This document shows positions 61,447 through 64,000 of a stretch of DNA of 64,000 nucleotides, piece after piece. The DNA is taken from assembly GCA_951813565.1 (NCBI GenBank), contig OX638351.1:3904001-3968000 (forward strand). Reading direction: 5' to 3'. Origin of the DNA: an uncultured Poribacteria bacterium. GTDB taxonomy: Bacteria; Poribacteria; WGA-4E; WGA-3G. The notes under the pieces were generated by a model. It made no database searches. It was not told the origin of the DNA and saw nothing but the letters and a program-made list of their open reading frames with translations. A program made the position numbers and the translations under genes. Within the stretch, counting starts at the first letter, position 1; each line of letters opens with the position of its first letter.

Positions 61447-62364
61447 TTACCACCTCTTTCGCGTTCTAAGATATATCCGTAGGATAATTGCCGCAGCGTT
61501 TACAAGCAGAACACTACCGACCAACACAATTGCAGTACCATAAGGAATACCTTCTGTTACGTCCGGCACCTGTGTTGAAATCGTATAGAGGTGTAATGAA
61601 AGTGCCATACACTGGTCTGTTATATTATATGCAAAAGGATTCCTTTCCGCAATAGCTTTGTAGAATACTGCCCCGGTAAACATAATCGGTGCTGTTTCGC
61701 CTGCTGCACGAGATACCTGCAAAATAACGCCTGTTAAAATCCCACTGATTGAATTGGGTAGCACAATTCGTCGGATCGTTTGCCAGCGCGTGGCACCGAG
61801 ATTCCAACACGCCTCACGGAAAGACATCGGCACCGCTTTAAGTGCTTCAGTCGTACTTGCGATAATAACGGGGAGCGTCATGATTGCCAATGTAAGTGAA
61901 GCTGCCAAAATTGACTCACCTAAACCAGCAAATAAAACAAACGCCCCAACACCAAATAACGCATGGACGATACTTGGAACGCCTGCAAGGTTTACGACTG
62001 CTAAGTTCACAATTCGTGTGAACCAATTATCACGTGCATATTCGTTAAGATACACTGCTGCGAATACGCCGATCGGTGCTGCGACTAATAGCGAAACCAC
62101 TACCAGATAAATTGTTCCAAGAAACGGTGCCCACAGACCGCCAGCCCGCATGTTATCCTTTGGATTCGTGAACAGAAAATCAAGAGACAGCACCGGCAGT
62201 GCTTTATAGAAAAGGTATCCGATAATTAGGAGCAACGGTAGAATCATCAGGCAGGTCATTATAAAAAAGAATACTTTGAAGCCATTTTCTATAAATCTAC
62301 TCTGTCTTCCAATATCTGTTTCAGTAAACATTGTCTCTGGGGTTATGTCTGTATTGGTATTCAT
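61447..62364 (-). CDS. pstA: Phosphate ABC transporter permease PstA
   Basis: AAVYLNEY, NLAGVPSIV, EALKAVP, SRAAGETAP. Confidence 0.95.
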   Translation of the reverse strand: MNTNTDITPETMFTETDIGRQSRFIENGFKVFFFIMTCLMILPLLLIIGYLFYKALPVLSLDFLFTNPKDNMRAGGLWAPFLGTIYLVVVSLLVAAPIGVFAAVYLNEYARDNWFTRIVNLAVVNLAGVPSIVHALFGVGAFVLFAGLGESILAASLTLAIMTLPVIIASTTEALKAVPMSFREACWNLGATRWQTIRRIVLPNSISGILTGVILQVSRAAGETAPIMFTGAVFYKAIAERNPFAYNITDQCMALSLHLYTISTQVPDVTEGIPYGTAIVLVGSVLLVNAAAIILRIYLRTRKRW

Positions 62365-62517
62365 ATAATCCTTAATGAACGTGAGTTTGACGAAAGTTGT
62401 AGTGAATCAACGTCAATCGCTCTCATGGCACTTGGCGTGTTGAACAAAGCGAGTAATGACCCACTATTTTGTTATCTGTGATGCATTTGAAATGTTGGGT
62501 TTCGCTGCGCTTTCCCA

Positions 62518-62718
62518 TAGGTGTCAATTTAGGAAACAAATCCCGTCACGACTTGTAGGGCGGGGTCTCTGTGCCTGCCATTGCTGATGTATTCAAACAA
62601 CGGACGGGCACAGAGACCCCGCCCTACGATGGAGTCGAGATGCACTGAAAGAATATCGGGCTTAGAAAGCCCTCCCACAAGAGATGATCTGGCAATTATG
62701 TTCTTAAATTGACAGCTA
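62518..62718. mobile_element. MITE with about 22-bp target duplication (same family as 27282-27557)
   Basis: TIRs TAGGTGTCAATTTAGG and CTTAAATTGACAGCTA; flanks TGGGTTTCGCTGCGCTTTCCCA (62496-62517) and TAGGTTTCGCTGTGCTCTCCCA (62719-62740). Confidence 0.8.
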
Positions 62719-62790
62719 TAGGTTTCGCTGTGCTCTCCCAACCTATGAGAAACTGTAGTGCTATTGATACATTCGTTATGGTAGCCAATG

Positions 62791-64000
62791 TCAATTTTGA
62801 CGAATTCCTTTGATAACCAAATCAGCGATGAGGTTCACCACGAACGTAATAGTAAAAAGTAGGATGCCGATTATAAATAGCACCTGATAATGTTCACCGC
62901 CTCTTGCAACTTCACCTAATTCTGCTGCAATAGTTGCTGTGAGAGTGCGAATCCCGGAGAGTAGACTGTTCGGAATGTTAACCGAGTGTCCGGTTGCCAT
63001 CAAAACCGCCATCGTTTCACCGATGGATCGCGCCGCACCGAGTAAAACCGCTGCCAATAATCCATTTTTTGCTGCAGGTAAAAGCACACGGTATATTACT
63101 TGCCATCGCGTTGCACCGAGTGCTTCCGCCGCTTCACGGTAGGAATCTGGAACTGCCTTCAGCGCATCCTCCGCTATAGAAACGATTATCGGAACACTCA
63201 TTAATGCCAGCATGATCCCACCGTTTAGCATTGTTAAACCGATTGGCGCATTAAAAACCGCTATTATTAACTGATTCATCAATGTTAAGCCGATGAATCC
63301 CCACACGACTGATGGGATTGCAGCGAGCAATTCGATAACGATCTTAAATGTTTCTCTCAACTTTGGACTACAGAATTCCGACACAAAGATTGCTGCGCCA
63401 AGACCAAACGGAACGGCAATCAACATCGCTAACGCTGTCACACTGAATGTTCCAAGAATTAAGGCAAAAGTTCCGTATCTTTTGTTGCTAAGAGATGTAG
63501 GATACCATTCTTCACTCGTTAGAAACTCCCATAAATTTAATTTAAAGAGAAGTCCTGCCCCTTCTTTAAACACAAAAAAGAAGATACCAAAAACAAAGAT
63601 AATAGAACTAATTCCGCATAAGTTGATATACACATCAATTACGGTTTCGGAAGAAGTTTCTGAGTCCGGTCCAAACTGATTACCACCCTGTGTACCTTTA
63701 ATAAACCCCAATTCAAAGATTGCCCAGAGATTGGTGATTATTGCAATCAGATAAATTACTGTGCTCCATCCAGACGTCAACTGTGCTGACAGGAGAAAAA
63801 AGATACCAATTAATGGGATAAAATGGAGCAGCACCCACCACGTTGGCTTGTCTTTGTCGTGCAAACGTTTAGCAGTAACCGCTAAATGTACCCAAACAAG
63901 GGCTAATAATGGAATGAATCCAAGTGATATTTTGGCAGGAAAGTTATTAATAACTACGGAGATTGCAAAGATTGCAAATATCGGCAAATTCAGCAGCCAC
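62791..64000 (-). CDS. pstC: Phosphate ABC transporter permease PstC with N-terminal DUF805-like domain (5' end probably outside the window)
   Basis: ELLAAIPSVVWG, REAAEALGAT, RSIGETMAV; upstream AVTAKRLHD..GNQFGPD. Confidence 0.9.
   Translation of the reverse strand, partial: WLLNLPIFAIFAISVVINNFPAKISLGFIPLLALVWVHLAVTAKRLHDKDKPTWWVLLHFIPLIGIFFLLSAQLTSGWSTVIYLIAIITNLWAIFELGFIKGTQGGNQFGPDSETSSETVIDVYINLCGISSIIFVFGIFFFVFKEGAGLLFKLNLWEFLTSEEWYPTSLSNKRYGTFALILGTFSVTALAMLIAVPFGLGAAIFVSEFCSPKLRETFKIVIELLAAIPSVVWGFIGLTLMNQLIIAVFNAPIGLTMLNGGIMLALMSVPIIVSIAEDALKAVPDSYREAAEALGATRWQVIYRVLLPAAKNGLLAAVLLGAARSIGETMAVLMATGHSVNIPNSLLSGIRTLTATIAAELGEVARGGEHYQVLFIIGILLFTITFVVNLIADLVIKGIRQN

Overview
This is a bacterial window of moderate GC with about 50 intact CDSs. 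The gene content (PhyH dioxygenases, sulfatases, DUF1501, TolB-like and PQQ-like propellers, an ECF sigma-beta-propeller fusion, secreted proteins ending in VxPxxKLxTTWGxLK) is consistent with Candidatus Poribacteria; this is an inference, not a database result. Mobile DNA includes an intact IS701-like element that splits the sigma-propeller gene, a decayed ISAs1, a decayed tnpB-only IS200/IS605 element with a highly structured 5' leader, and transposase and toxin-antitoxin remnants. The most striking signal is intergenic. Many spacers hold GTAG/GTGG REP-like hairpins inside several MITE families, one of which has 22-24 bp target duplications. These repeats are in turn invaded by ultra-short 34-35 nt and about 28 nt hairpin elements. 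The short elements have covarying stems, a conserved 7-nt loop and a GTTGATT or CATG tail. They insert without target duplication into REPs and into each other, and a filled/empty site pair is visible inside the window. No rRNA, tRNA or CRISPR array was seen.
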